Below, one piece after another: positions 37,583 through 46,742 of a stretch of 64,000 nt of DNA. The position numbers and the translations under genes were made by a program. Positions within the stretch are counted from its first letter, which is position 1; each line of letters opens with the position of its first letter. Under the pieces are notes generated by a model. The model worked only from the letters and a program-made list of their open reading frames with translations, was not told the origin of the DNA and searched no databases. Source of the DNA: an uncultured Azospirillaceae bacterium (GTDB taxonomy: Bacteria > Pseudomonadota > Alphaproteobacteria > Rickettsiales > UBA3002); the NCBI GenBank assembly GCA_964564675.1, contig CAZMBI010000005.1, forward strand, positions 126 through 64,125, written 5' to 3'.

Positions 37583-39405
37583 GGCTCGGTGAACACCTGC
37601 TGGCTGACGGGCATATCACCGAGTCGGCCCTGCACCGCGCGCTCGACGAGCAACGCCGCAGCGGCGGTCGGCTCGGAGCCATTCTTGCCGCCTCGCATCG
37701 TCTGCACCCGCTGACGCTGCTTAAAACGCTGGGCCGCCAGTCACACACCGCCACCGTCGATCTGCAAGCCCAGCCGCCGGAAAGTACCGTATTACAGCTT
37801 GCGGATGTGCCGGATTATATCTTTCATCAGGCCATCCCCTATCGCCGTGACGGCCATCTGATCACCCTTGCCTGTGCCGAACGCTCACCGGCCCTGACAC
37901 GTTGGGCCACAGCGCGTTATGGCGAAAACGTGGCATATGTGCTCACCACACCGCGCGATATCCGTACGGCGCTGGCCGCCCGTTTCGGCGCAGCGCTGGA
38001 TGAGCAAAGCCGCACCCATTTGCTCACCCATCAGCCCGAATCCTCCGCCGCGCGCACGCTGTATCCAGGCCAGATGCGCTGGTTGGCGGCCTTGCTGCTG
38101 GTGGTGGCGGCGGCACTTGCCTGGCTGCCCTGGCTGGCGATTCCCATCGGCTTAACCCTGATAAACCTGTTTTACATCGGCACCATCGGCCTGAAATGCC
38201 TGCTTTATCTATATGCACCGGCAGCCCCCGCGCGCGCGCCGCAGGAAGCGATACCGGAGTCCTCACTGCCAGTTTACACCATCCTCATTCCGCTGTACCG
38301 GGAAGCCGCCTCCATCCCGCGGCTGCTGGCGGCCATGCGCGCGCTGGACTATCCCAAGACCAGGCTCGATATTAAACTGGTGGTGGAAGCCGATGACGAA
38401 CCTACCATAGCCGCCATCACAGCCGCCCGCCCCGAACCGTATTTCGACCTCATCCGCGTGCCCTATTCCATACCGCGCACCAAACCCAAGGCGTGCGATT
38501 ATGCGCTGCGCTTTGCCCGCGGTGAATATGTCACGATTTATGACGCCGAAGACCAACCCGAGCCGGATCAGCTGCGCAGCGCGGTGGCGATGTTTCGCCG
38601 TCTGCCCGAATCGGTGGTGTGCCTGCAGGCGCGGCTGAACTATTATAACTGGCCGGAGAATCTGCTCACCCGCTTGTTTGCCATTGAATACGCTTCGCTG
38701 TTTGACGTCATGCTGCCCGGCCTTGAGCGGCTGCGCCTGCCGATTCCTCTCGGCGGCACCAGCAATCATTTTGCACTCACCACGTTGCGCGCCCTCGGCG
38801 AGTGGGATCCGTATAACGTCACCGAAGATGCTGATTTAGGCATGCGCCTGGCGCGCGCCGGTTACGAAACGCGCATGCTGGACTCACTCACCCTTGAGGA
38901 GTCGCCGATTCACCTGCGCGCTTGGATGCATCAACGCGCGCGCTGGATTAAAGGCTATATGCAAACCTGGCTGGTCATGATGCGCCGCCCCGTACATTTT
39001 TATCGCCGGGCGGGCGCGGCCGCGTTTTGGAGTACGCAGTTCTTCATCGGCGGGCCGTGCGCGGTGTTTCTGCTCAGCCCGTTGCTGTGGGGCATTACCA
39101 TTGCCTGGCTCGGCGGATGGCTGCCCGCGGTGGCGCTGCCCGGCTGGCTGATCGCCTTGTGCCTGATCAATCTGATAGCAGGCATTCTGGTGCATCTGTG
39201 GATTGCGCGGGTGGCGGTTCGGCGCTGGCGCTGGCCCGGCATGGCGCTGGCCATGGCGCTGTATCCGTTTTACTGGCTGCTGCATTCGGCAGCCAGTTAC
39301 CGCGCCTTATGGCAACTTATCCGCCAGCCGCATCGCTGGGATAAAACCGTCCACGGGCTCACGCGGCTGGCAGGTATGACGCCAGCTCCTTCGCCGCATA
39401 GGTGA
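37579..39405 (+). CDS. Membrane-embedded processive family-2 glycosyltransferase with an N-terminal MshEN (T2SS-E N-terminal, c-di-GMP-binding) domain
   Basis: Tandem RLGxxLLxxGxIxxxxLxxxLxxQ motifs at residues 2-25 and 31-54 with a 5-residue spacer. GT2 signature set: YTILIPLY, EADD, DAED (38542-53), TED (38821-29) and QRARW (38932-46). About 2 TM helices lie before the catalytic core and about 4 after it. Confidence 0.8.
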   Translation: MRLGEHLLADGHITESALHRALDEQRRSGGRLGAILAASHRLHPLTLLKTLGRQSHTATVDLQAQPPESTVLQLADVPDYIFHQAIPYRRDGHLITLACAERSPALTRWATARYGENVAYVLTTPRDIRTALAARFGAALDEQSRTHLLTHQPESSAARTLYPGQMRWLAALLLVVAAALAWLPWLAIPIGLTLINLFYIGTIGLKCLLYLYAPAAPARAPQEAIPESSLPVYTILIPLYREAASIPRLLAAMRALDYPKTRLDIKLVVEADDEPTIAAITAARPEPYFDLIRVPYSIPRTKPKACDYALRFARGEYVTIYDAEDQPEPDQLRSAVAMFRRLPESVVCLQARLNYYNWPENLLTRLFAIEYASLFDVMLPGLERLRLPIPLGGTSNHFALTTLRALGEWDPYNVTEDADLGMRLARAGYETRMLDSLTLEESPIHLRAWMHQRARWIKGYMQTWLVMMRRPVHFYRRAGAAAFWSTQFFIGGPCAVFLLSPLLWGITIAWLGGWLPAVALPGWLIALCLINLIAGILVHLWIARVAVRRWRWPGMALAMALYPFYWLLHSAASYRALWQLIRQPHRWDKTVHGLTRLAGMTPAPSPHR

Positions 39406-40366
39406 ACACCGCCGCGGCCCCGGCCCGCTTAAAGGCGAGCAGGCTTTCCTGCATGGCGGGGATAAAGTCAAGTGCGCCGGCCTGCGCGGCATGGCGCAGC
39501 ATGGCATATTCGCCGCTGACCTGATAGGCGAGCACGGGCAGATCGTAACGTTGGGTCAATGTCTGCAGCACATCAAGATAGGGCATACCCGGCTTGACCA
39601 TCAGCATGTCCGCGCCTTCCCCAACGTCAAGCGCCGCCTCGCGCCGCGCCTCGCGCCCGTTCGCCGGGTCCATCTGATAGGTGCGCTTATCGGGGTTACC
39701 AAGCGCCGTAGCCGAGCCCACGGCATCACGGAACGGACCATAAAAGCATGACGCATATTTCACCGCATACGACAGCAGCAACACACCCTGAAACCCAGCG
39801 GCATCGAGGGCATCGCGAATGGCGCCGATACGCCCGTCCATCATATCAGATGGCGCGATCACGTCGCATCCGGCTTCAGCCTGCACCACGGCCTGTTTGC
39901 ATAGCAGCGCAACCGTTTCATCATTGATCACGCGCCCTTCTTCCAGCAGCCCGTCCTGGCCGTGCGTGGTATATGGATCAAGCGCCACATCACACATGAT
40001 ACCCAGTGTGGGCACGTCGCGTTTGATAGCGCGGACCGCCTTGCAGATCAGATTATGCGGGTTGAGCGCCTCATCGCCGCCGGGTGTTTTTTTCGTCGAC
40101 GCGGTACAGGGAAACAAGGCGATAGCCGGAATACCAAGTGCAGCCGCCGCGGCGGCTTCTTCCATCAGCTGGGTGATGGAATAACGCATGACACCGGGCA
40201 GGCTCGTAATCTCCGCCTGATCACCGTCTTCACAGACAAAACACGGCCAGATTAGATCGCTCGCCGTCAGGCGCGTTTCACCGGCCAGGCGGCGCGACCA
40301 CTCAGCCCCGCGCAGACGGCGCAGCCGTGTGCGTGGATAGGCTCCCGCTATGCGTGAGACATGCAT
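39359..40366 (-). CDS. hemB: Porphobilinogen synthase (delta-aminolevulinate dehydratase)
   Basis: RLRRLR...LIWPCFV..., DVALDPYTTHGQDG, ADMLMVKPGMPYLD (Schiff-base Lys), YQVSGEYAM. Start trimmed to the ATG at 40366. The 3' end overlaps the convergent GT gene by 47 nt. Confidence 0.93.
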   Translation of the reverse strand: MHVSRIAGAYPRTRLRRLRGAEWSRRLAGETRLTASDLIWPCFVCEDGDQAEITSLPGVMRYSITQLMEEAAAAAALGIPAIALFPCTASTKKTPGGDEALNPHNLICKAVRAIKRDVPTLGIMCDVALDPYTTHGQDGLLEEGRVINDETVALLCKQAVVQAEAGCDVIAPSDMMDGRIGAIRDALDAAGFQGVLLLSYAVKYASCFYGPFRDAVGSATALGNPDKRTYQMDPANGREARREAALDVGEGADMLMVKPGMPYLDVLQTLTQRYDLPVLAYQVSGEYAMLRHAAQAGALDFIPAMQESLLAFKRAGAAAVFTYAAKELASYLPAA

Positions 40367-40486
40367 AGCACTTAATATAGTGATCTTCGCGCATTTAGAA
40401 AGCGTGATCGGAATGCACCCGTATGATTTATTATGACATGCGATACGCGCGGACTGATGCATGGCATCAGCAACAAGAAACGCACT

Positions 40487-40519
40487 AAAAAAATCCCCGC
40501 ATCAAGCAGGGAGTTTTTT
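40487..40519 (-). terminator. Rho-independent terminator of the phasin gene (bidirectional architecture)
   Basis: A7-TCCCCGC-atcaa-GCAGGGA-gT6. On the minus strand this gives the hairpin followed by a U7 run, 36 nt after the phasin stop. Confidence 0.7.
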
Positions 40520-40554
40520 CACTAAAGGGATGGGAAAAGGAAAATGAGGCGCGG

Positions 40555-41298
40555 CTACGCAGCTTCGGAAAGCGTTTTGCTCAACCGGTTGGTAGTATCC
40601 GACACGCGCTCATTTAGCGGTTCGCTCACCTGGGTGGCGCATTGAAACATCAGTTCAGACAATTTCACCGATTCGCTGAACAAATTATCAAGATTGGTTT
40701 TCATTATCCGGCTTTGCAAATCGAACATGTCGTTCAACGTGCGGCAGGCCAGCAGTTCTTTGGAGATTTCCAGATTCTGCGAAAAGGATTTATTGGCAAA
40801 GTTAAAAATTTCCGCGCCCATGTTTTTCGAGGCGTTGACCGCGATATTGCTGCAATTAACGCAGGTCTCCACATTATCACGGCTGATATCCATCATCTCG
40901 CCCATCGAACGGGTGGCGGCATCGGCCGATTTGGAGAATTGCGCTGCACCTTCTTTGTTCATAAAGGACATCATTTTATCTTTCGAATCGAACGCGCCAT
41001 TTTTGAAAAATTCCTGAATGGCATCCGTACCCATTTGCAACACGGCATTAGCGGACGGATCCACCGGCCAGGCAGCCGCTGCATTTTGCGCCGCCGCTTT
41101 TGTGCCGGCGGACTGCCTGTTTGCCGCCTGCTTGCCGGCAGCCGATTGTGACTTAGACGTCGCCGTTTGCGAGGCGCGTTTAGCCGCGGTAGTATTATTG
41201 CCGGCCGTCGTGCGCTGGACTTTTTTTGCGGACGCATTCTTTGCCGATTTCGGTTTGCTCCGCGTCGATGTTTTCCTTACAACCTTGTCATTATCCAT
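40555..41298 (-). CDS. Phasin-family protein with an N-terminal Lys/Ala/Ser/Thr-rich basic extension
   Basis: The C-terminal ~150 aa are phasin_2-like helices (AQFSKSADAATRSMGEMMDISRDNVE...LNDMFDLQSRIMKTNLDNLFSE). The N-terminal ~90 aa are KTSTRSKPKSAKNASAKKVQ...AAKRASQTATSKSQSAAGKQAA. AAGGAG RBS upstream of the ATG at 41298. Confidence 0.75.
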   Translation of the reverse strand: MDNDKVVRKTSTRSKPKSAKNASAKKVQRTTAGNNTTAAKRASQTATSKSQSAAGKQAANRQSAGTKAAAQNAAAAWPVDPSANAVLQMGTDAIQEFFKNGAFDSKDKMMSFMNKEGAAQFSKSADAATRSMGEMMDISRDNVETCVNCSNIAVNASKNMGAEIFNFANKSFSQNLEISKELLACRTLNDMFDLQSRIMKTNLDNLFSESVKLSELMFQCATQVSEPLNERVSDTTNRLSKTLSEAA

Positions 41299-41328
41299 GA
41301 TGAAAAATCTCCTTTGATAAAAAATGTT

Positions 41329-41341
41329 TTTGCATTGCAGC
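41329..41341. promoter_or_regulatory. Operator candidate TTTGCA-T-TGCAGC upstream of the phasin gene (PhaR-type TGC/GCA motif)
   Basis: Lies 31-43 nt upstream of the phasin ATG. Shares the exact 12-mer TGCATTGCAGCG with the site at 46624-46635. Confidence 0.4.
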
Positions 41342-41434
41342 GAATATAGTTTTATCACATACAGCTGTCAAGCTTAGCTATATGATTTCATGTGATTTTT
41401 GTGCAACGCAATAACGTTAATTTAAGATTAAAAT

Positions 41435-41812
41435 ATGATACATGCATCGACCGCAAACACCTCCGCTGTTCACGATTATGAACTACACACGTTATATCTG
41501 ACAATGGGCTTTGATCCCGCATCACCGCCGCCGGATGCGGACATGATTCAGCGCATGCATGATATTTGCGCAGAGCGTGACCGATTAACGCATCACTGCG
41601 TTAGGCTGACGCGCGATAATAAACGACTGGCGTCGTATTTAGACCGATTACAATTCCAAATTCTGGCGATTGAATCCTCGCGTGCATGGAAAGTGGGTTA
41701 TGCCCTGATGCGTTCGGTACGCGCATTATTGAGCCGCCCCTCGGGCCATGCCGCCTTTGCCGAGATTCACCGTGTGTTCACCCTGTATCACCACTGGAAA
41801 AAAGCGCAATGA
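41435..41812 (+). CDS. Hypothetical coiled-coil protein (start uncertain), translationally coupled to the downstream glycosyltransferase
   Basis: 125-aa ORF ending in an ATGA overlap with the next gene. The segment RLASYLDRLQFQILAIESSRAWKVGYALMRSVRAL resembles the coiled-coil leaders seen on some O-antigen/rhamnan glycosyltransferases. There is no obvious RBS at 41435. Confidence 0.45.
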   Translation: MIHASTANTSAVHDYELHTLYLTMGFDPASPPPDADMIQRMHDICAERDRLTHHCVRLTRDNKRLASYLDRLQFQILAIESSRAWKVGYALMRSVRALLSRPSGHAAFAEIHRVFTLYHHWKKAQ

Positions 41813-43827
41813 CCATGCCCTCCTTATGTATCGTAATCTGCGTGCACAACGCCGCCGATTATGCCGAAATCTGCATCGATTCCGTGTTGCGCCACACAAG
41901 CGGCGCATATGAACTGATTTTAGTCAATGACGGCTCGCAAACCGAAGCCACACGCGTGGTACAGTATTTTGCACGGGAATATCCGCATGTGCGTATGATC
42001 CATCACTCGACAGCCCAGGGCTACACCAAGGCGGCCAATGCCGGACTGCGTGCATCGGCGGCGGATTATACAATCCTGCTCAACAGCGACACCATCGTCT
42101 CACCGCAATGGGCGGAACGCCTCATCGCCTGCGGTGAAAGCGACCCGCGCATCGGGATTATCGGTCCGCTTTCCAATGCCGCGACGTACCAATCCGTCCC
42201 GCGCGTGTTTGATGAACAGGGACAATGGCAACAAAACGTTCTGCCCGGTGATATCACGGTAACCCGATATGCCGAAGCCATCGCCGGTATCGCCGCGCGC
42301 AACTATCCGCGCCTGCCGGTGGCAAACGGATTTTGCTTTACCGTTAAACGCGCTGTGATCGACACCATCGGCTATCTGGATGAAGAGACCTTCCCGCAAG
42401 GTTACGGCGAGGAAAACGACTATTGCATCCGTGCCGCTGATGCCGGTTTTGAGATTGCCATCGCAGATGATGTGTATGTCTATCATGCGGTCTCGCAAAG
42501 TTTTGGCGAAAAGGCGCGCAAACAATTCACCCATGACGCGCACCATGCCATTCGCAGCAAATATTCCAAGCAACGGCTGGATGCGATTGACCAGGCCCTG
42601 CGCAGCGACCCGGTAATGGAGGCAATGCGTGATCGCATCATTCAGCTGATCGAACGCGCGCCGGGCTCTTCGGTTTACACACCGCAAACCCGGCATTTCC
42701 CCAAACCCAATCAGGATATGCATTGCCTGTTCCTGTTGCCGGATTGCACCGCCACGGCCGGGGGCACGCAGATGGTGGTGGAGCTGGCGCGCGGGCTGGC
42801 CGGGCTTGGCGTCGGCGTGCGGCTGGCGATCAAAGCCGCCATGCGCCAGGAGTTCGAGCAGTTCTTCCCGGCGGATTTTCATCTGATGGATTTTTACCAG
42901 CGCGACGAGGAGCTTTACGCCAGGGCGGCGCATTATAACGTCGTGGTGGCGACAATTTATCATTCGATGCGCCAGCTCAAGCAGATAACCACGCGCTATC
43001 CGCATGTGCTGCCGCTTTATTTTGTGCAGGATTATGAACCGCTGTTCCATGACGAGCACCCGCATCTGAAAGAACTGGCGCTTGAGAGCTACACCATGGT
43101 GCCGCATGCGCGGCTGGTTGCCATCAGCCCGTGGGTTCAGATGGTACTGTTCGAGCAGCACGGCCTGCAGGTGGAGTATTTCCGCGCCTGCCTGGATCAC
43201 AGCCTGTTTTTCCCGGACTATGGACGGTCGCTCGACGAGCCGCTGACGGTTACCGCCATGATCCGTCCGCATACGCAGTGGCGCGCGCCCGCCCGCACCA
43301 TGATGATTCTCAGGCAGCTCAAGGCCAAATTCGGTGATGCCGTCCACATCGCCATTTTCGGCTGTCGCGATGAGGATCTATTGCGCGACGAGCTCGATAG
43401 TGACGTGGAGATGACCAACTATGGCGTGCTTAACCGGCACGATGTGGCAGGCCTGTTGCGTATGAGCGATATTTTCCTCGATTTATCTGATTTTCAGGCA
43501 TTCGGCCGCACGGCGCTGGAAGCGTTGGCCTGCGGCTGCGCCGTGGTTGCTCCGCAAGCCGGCGGAGTCAGCGATTTCGGCCGGCACGCCGATAATCTGC
43601 TGCTGATAGATACCGCTAACGAGATGCAGTGTTTTGCCGCGGCTTCCGAATTGGTGGCAAACGCCAAATTGCGGCTGCATCTGCGTGAGCACGCCATCGC
43701 CTCGGCGCAGGATTATTCCATCCATCGCGGCGCGCTGAGTTTTTTACAACTGGTACACCGCCTCAGCGCCGCCGAGGAAGCACCGACCGAACATCAATAT
43801 CACCTTGCCTTGAAAAGCACCGGCTAA
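41809..43827 (+). CDS. Bifunctional glycosyltransferase (N-terminal GT2 domain + C-terminal GT4/group-1 domain)
   Basis: N-terminus: SLCIVICVHNAADYAEICIDSVLRHT...LVNDGS...NSDT...GFCF (GT2, rhamnosyl/galactosyl-transferase-like). C-terminus: FGRTALEALACGCAVVAP..GG..DF (GT4 EX7E region). Start trimmed to the ATG at 41809. Confidence 0.8.
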   Translation: MTMPSLCIVICVHNAADYAEICIDSVLRHTSGAYELILVNDGSQTEATRVVQYFAREYPHVRMIHHSTAQGYTKAANAGLRASAADYTILLNSDTIVSPQWAERLIACGESDPRIGIIGPLSNAATYQSVPRVFDEQGQWQQNVLPGDITVTRYAEAIAGIAARNYPRLPVANGFCFTVKRAVIDTIGYLDEETFPQGYGEENDYCIRAADAGFEIAIADDVYVYHAVSQSFGEKARKQFTHDAHHAIRSKYSKQRLDAIDQALRSDPVMEAMRDRIIQLIERAPGSSVYTPQTRHFPKPNQDMHCLFLLPDCTATAGGTQMVVELARGLAGLGVGVRLAIKAAMRQEFEQFFPADFHLMDFYQRDEELYARAAHYNVVVATIYHSMRQLKQITTRYPHVLPLYFVQDYEPLFHDEHPHLKELALESYTMVPHARLVAISPWVQMVLFEQHGLQVEYFRACLDHSLFFPDYGRSLDEPLTVTAMIRPHTQWRAPARTMMILRQLKAKFGDAVHIAIFGCRDEDLLRDELDSDVEMTNYGVLNRHDVAGLLRMSDIFLDLSDFQAFGRTALEALACGCAVVAPQAGGVSDFGRHADNLLLIDTANEMQCFAAASELVANAKLRLHLREHAIASAQDYSIHRGALSFLQLVHRLSAAEEAPTEHQYHLALKSTG

Positions 43828-43862
43828 CTCCGTTATGGCCAGGCGGGCCGCCGGCCAACGGG

Positions 43863-46523
43863 TTAGTCCAGCTCCTTCAGCTCATACAGCAACGCCAGCG
43901 CGTCGCGCGGGGTCAGATCATCGAGACTGACCGCCTGCAGACGCTCACGCAGCGCATCGGACGATGCCTCGGTGGGGGCATCCGCCTGTGCGAACAACGG
44001 CAACTCGGTTGTTAACTGATGCAGCGGCGCATTTGCTTCGCCGCTTTCCAGCTGCCGCAGAATCGCCCGCGCGCGTTGTAAAACCGGCGGCGGCAAACCG
44101 GCCAGCTGCGCCACATGAATCCCATACGAGCGATCCGCCGTACCGGCAATTACCTGATGCAAAAATTTCACCTCGCCCTGCCACTCCTTGACCTGCATGG
44201 TATGGCATGACAGGCCCGGCAACTGTTCGGCTAGCCGGGTGAGCTCGTGATAATGCGTCGCGAACAGGCCGCGGCACTGAATGGTATCATGCAGATATTC
44301 CACCACCGCCCAGGCGATCGACAGGCCATCATAGGTCGCCGTGCCACGGCCGATCTCATCCAGAATCACCAGCGAGTGCTCTCCGGCCTGCTGCACAATG
44401 GTGGCGGTTTCCACCATCTCAACCATAAAGGTGGACTGGCCGCGCGCCAGATCGTCAGCGGCGCCGACGCGGCTGAACAACCGGTCGATGACGCCGATAT
44501 GCGCCGCCTGCGCCGGCACATAAGCACCCATCTGCGCCAGAATGGCAATCAGCGCGTTCTGCCGTAAAAACGTGCTTTTCCCGGCCATGTTAGGCCCGGT
44601 CAGCAACCACAGGCGCTGGGCATGGCTTAAATCGCAGTCATTGGCGATAAACGGCTCGGCCTCGCGCTGGCGTGCCGCCTCCACCACCGGGTGCCGCCCA
44701 CCGCTCACCGCAAACGCTGTCGAGTCATCAATGTTCGGGCGGACATAGCGCTGGCAGCCGGCAAGCTCTGCCAGCGCGGCGAGCACATCCAGCTGCGCCA
44801 GCGCGCGGGCGGCGCGCATCAACTCGTCGGCGCCGGCGCTTACCTGTTCGACCAGCCCGCTGAAAATCTCCTGTTCCAGTTGCAAGGCCCGATCAGATGA
44901 CTCGGCGATGGCACGCGCCGTTTCGGCCAGCTCGGTGGTGGTATAGCGCAGATTGTTAGCCAGCGTCTGGCGGTGAATAAAGGTTTCAGGCACCTTCTTT
45001 TCATGCGTCTGCGTAATTTCGATGAAATAGCCCAACACGTTATTAAACTTGATTTTCAGGCTGGCAATACCGCTTTCCTCGGCATAACGCGCCTGCATCC
45101 GGGCGATCACCTGCTTGGACTGAGCGCGTAGACGGCGCAACTCGTCCAGATCAGCCTGATACCCTTCCTGAATAAATCCGCCGTCACGCGCCATCAGCGG
45201 CGGGGAATCCACCAGCGCCCGGGCCAGCCGGTCGCGCAGTTCGGTATGATCGCCCAGTCCGCGGCAGGCTTCGGCTATCAGCGCAGGTAAAGCCGCCGAT
45301 CGGCTGAGGGGGCATGGCGCCTGCTCTTGCATCTCAAGCATCTGGCGCGCGGTAAAGGCCACTGCCAGCCCGTCGCGCACAGCCAGCAGATCACGCGGGC
45401 CGCCGCGCCCCAAGCACAAGCGGGAAACCGCCCGCTGCATATCGGGCGCCGATTGCAGCGCCTCACGCAGCCGCTCGCCCAGACCGCTTTGCTGTTGAAA
45501 CCAGCCGATGGCTTCCTGACGCGCATGAATCGCCGGCAAATCGGTCAGCGGCGAGGTCAGCCAGCTGGCCAGCAGACGCCCGCCGGCCCCGGTAACGGTC
45601 ATATCAATGGTGCTCAGCAGGCTGCCCCTGCGGCTGCCGGAAAGCGTCTGGGTAAGCTCCAGATTACGCCGGGTGGCGCCATCGATCACCATGGCGGTGG
45701 CGGCCTGTTCTTTCTCCGGCGGATCAAGCCGCGGCAAAGACGCCACCTGCGTGAGGCGGATATATTCCAGCAGCGCGCCGCAGGCTGCGATATCAGCCTC
45801 GTTGAGCTCGCCGAAGGCCTCCAGCGCGGTCACCGCATAATGCAGCTGCAAGGCGCGCTCGGCCTTTTTAATGTCGAACTGGCTGGCCGGCTGCAGCGCC
45901 AGCGCCTGCTGCCAGGAAGCCAGCTCCCCTTTGAGTTGGGTATACAGCGCATCCGAAAGCAGCAGTTCCGCCGGGTTAATACGGGTCAGATCGGCCGACA
46001 GGCGGGCGCTGTGGGTTTCCATCAGCTGAAACTGACCGGTTGACAAATCCAGCCAGGCCAGCGCCCATTTGCCTTTCACCGTAGCCAGCGCCGCCAGATA
46101 GCGCGATTCGTTACTGGGCAACAGCGCGTCTTCGGTAATCGTGCCCGGGGTGACGATACGCACCACCTCGCGGCGGACCACCGCCTTATGCCCGCCACGC
46201 TTGCGGGCCTGTTCCGGTGTTTCCAGCTGTTCGCAGATCGCCACCTTGCGGCCCGAGGCGATGAGTTTTTGCAGATAGCTTTCATGGCTGTGCGCTGGCA
46301 CGCCACACATCGGGATATCCTCGCCCGCCTGTTTGCCGCGCCTGGTCAGCGCTATATCCAAAAGGGCGGCAGCGTCTTTGGCGTCATCGAAGAACAGTTC
46401 ATAAAAATCCCCCATTCGGTAAAACAGCAGGCAATCCAGATGCTCGGCCTTAATGTCGAGATATTGCTGCATCGCCGGAGTGGCAAGGTCGCTTTCGGTA
46501 GTGGTCTGTGCGCGTGCGGACAT
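43863..46523 (-). CDS. mutS: DNA mismatch repair protein MutS
   Basis: [11 protein letters not shown]...[17 protein letters not shown], Walker [29 protein letters not shown]. Confidence 0.96.
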   Translation of the reverse strand: MSARAQTTTESDLATPAMQQYLDIKAEHLDCLLFYRMGDFYELFFDDAKDAAALLDIALTRRGKQAGEDIPMCGVPAHSHESYLQKLIASGRKVAICEQLETPEQARKRGGHKAVVRREVVRIVTPGTITEDALLPSNESRYLAALATVKGKWALAWLDLSTGQFQLMETHSARLSADLTRINPAELLLSDALYTQLKGELASWQQALALQPASQFDIKKAERALQLHYAVTALEAFGELNEADIAACGALLEYIRLTQVASLPRLDPPEKEQAATAMVIDGATRRNLELTQTLSGSRRGSLLSTIDMTVTGAGGRLLASWLTSPLTDLPAIHARQEAIGWFQQQSGLGERLREALQSAPDMQRAVSRLCLGRGGPRDLLAVRDGLAVAFTARQMLEMQEQAPCPLSRSAALPALIAEACRGLGDHTELRDRLARALVDSPPLMARDGGFIQEGYQADLDELRRLRAQSKQVIARMQARYAEESGIASLKIKFNNVLGYFIEITQTHEKKVPETFIHRQTLANNLRYTTTELAETARAIAESSDRALQLEQEIFSGLVEQVSAGADELMRAARALAQLDVLAALAELAGCQRYVRPNIDDSTAFAVSGGRHPVVEAARQREAEPFIANDCDLSHAQRLWLLTGPNMAGKSTFLRQNALIAILAQMGAYVPAQAAHIGVIDRLFSRVGAADDLARGQSTFMVEMVETATIVQQAGEHSLVILDEIGRGTATYDGLSIAWAVVEYLHDTIQCRGLFATHYHELTRLAEQLPGLSCHTMQVKEWQGEVKFLHQVIAGTADRSYGIHVAQLAGLPPPVLQRARAILRQLESGEANAPLHQLTTELPLFAQADAPTEASSDALRERLQAVSLDDLTPRDALALLYELKELD

Positions 46524-46621
46524 AGGGCCATTACTGCCATAGTCAGCTAATTATGAAAGGATAATTTACACCGCATCTGGCTGGCAATCCAGCAGCAACC
46601 GCGCACTTAGCCTGCATTTTT

Positions 46622-46634
46622 GCTGCATTGCAGC
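46622..46634. promoter_or_regulatory. Perfect palindrome GCTGCA-T-TGCAGC in the mutS/maeB divergent region (operator candidate)
   Basis: 6-1-6 perfect inverted repeat containing CTGC-N3-GCAG, about 110 nt upstream of the maeB ATG. Same 12-mer as upstream of the phasin gene. Confidence 0.4.
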
Positions 46635-46742
46635 GTGGGTTTTCCCTTTTTTTTGCGTTTACAGCCGTTATGATACGATTTTTAAACAACTCGTCAGTCC
46701 TCCGTAATAGCGGAATGACGACTCACCATGACAGGATAGAAC

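Noticed and set aside
40394-40400. Irr/ICE-like element upstream of hemB (TTTAGAA)
   Set aside because: Only one half-site of the TTTAGAA-N3-TTCTAAA palindrome is present, and the other half (GTGATCG) does not match. A nearby perfect inverted repeat, CTGATGC-atg-GCATCAG (40454-40470), has no known assignment.
42100-43347. 415-aa minus-strand ORF
   Set aside because: It is antisense to the GT2/GT4 glycosyltransferase, with the same mirror-frame composition (R/H/G/A-rich). The plus-strand frame carries clear GT motifs.
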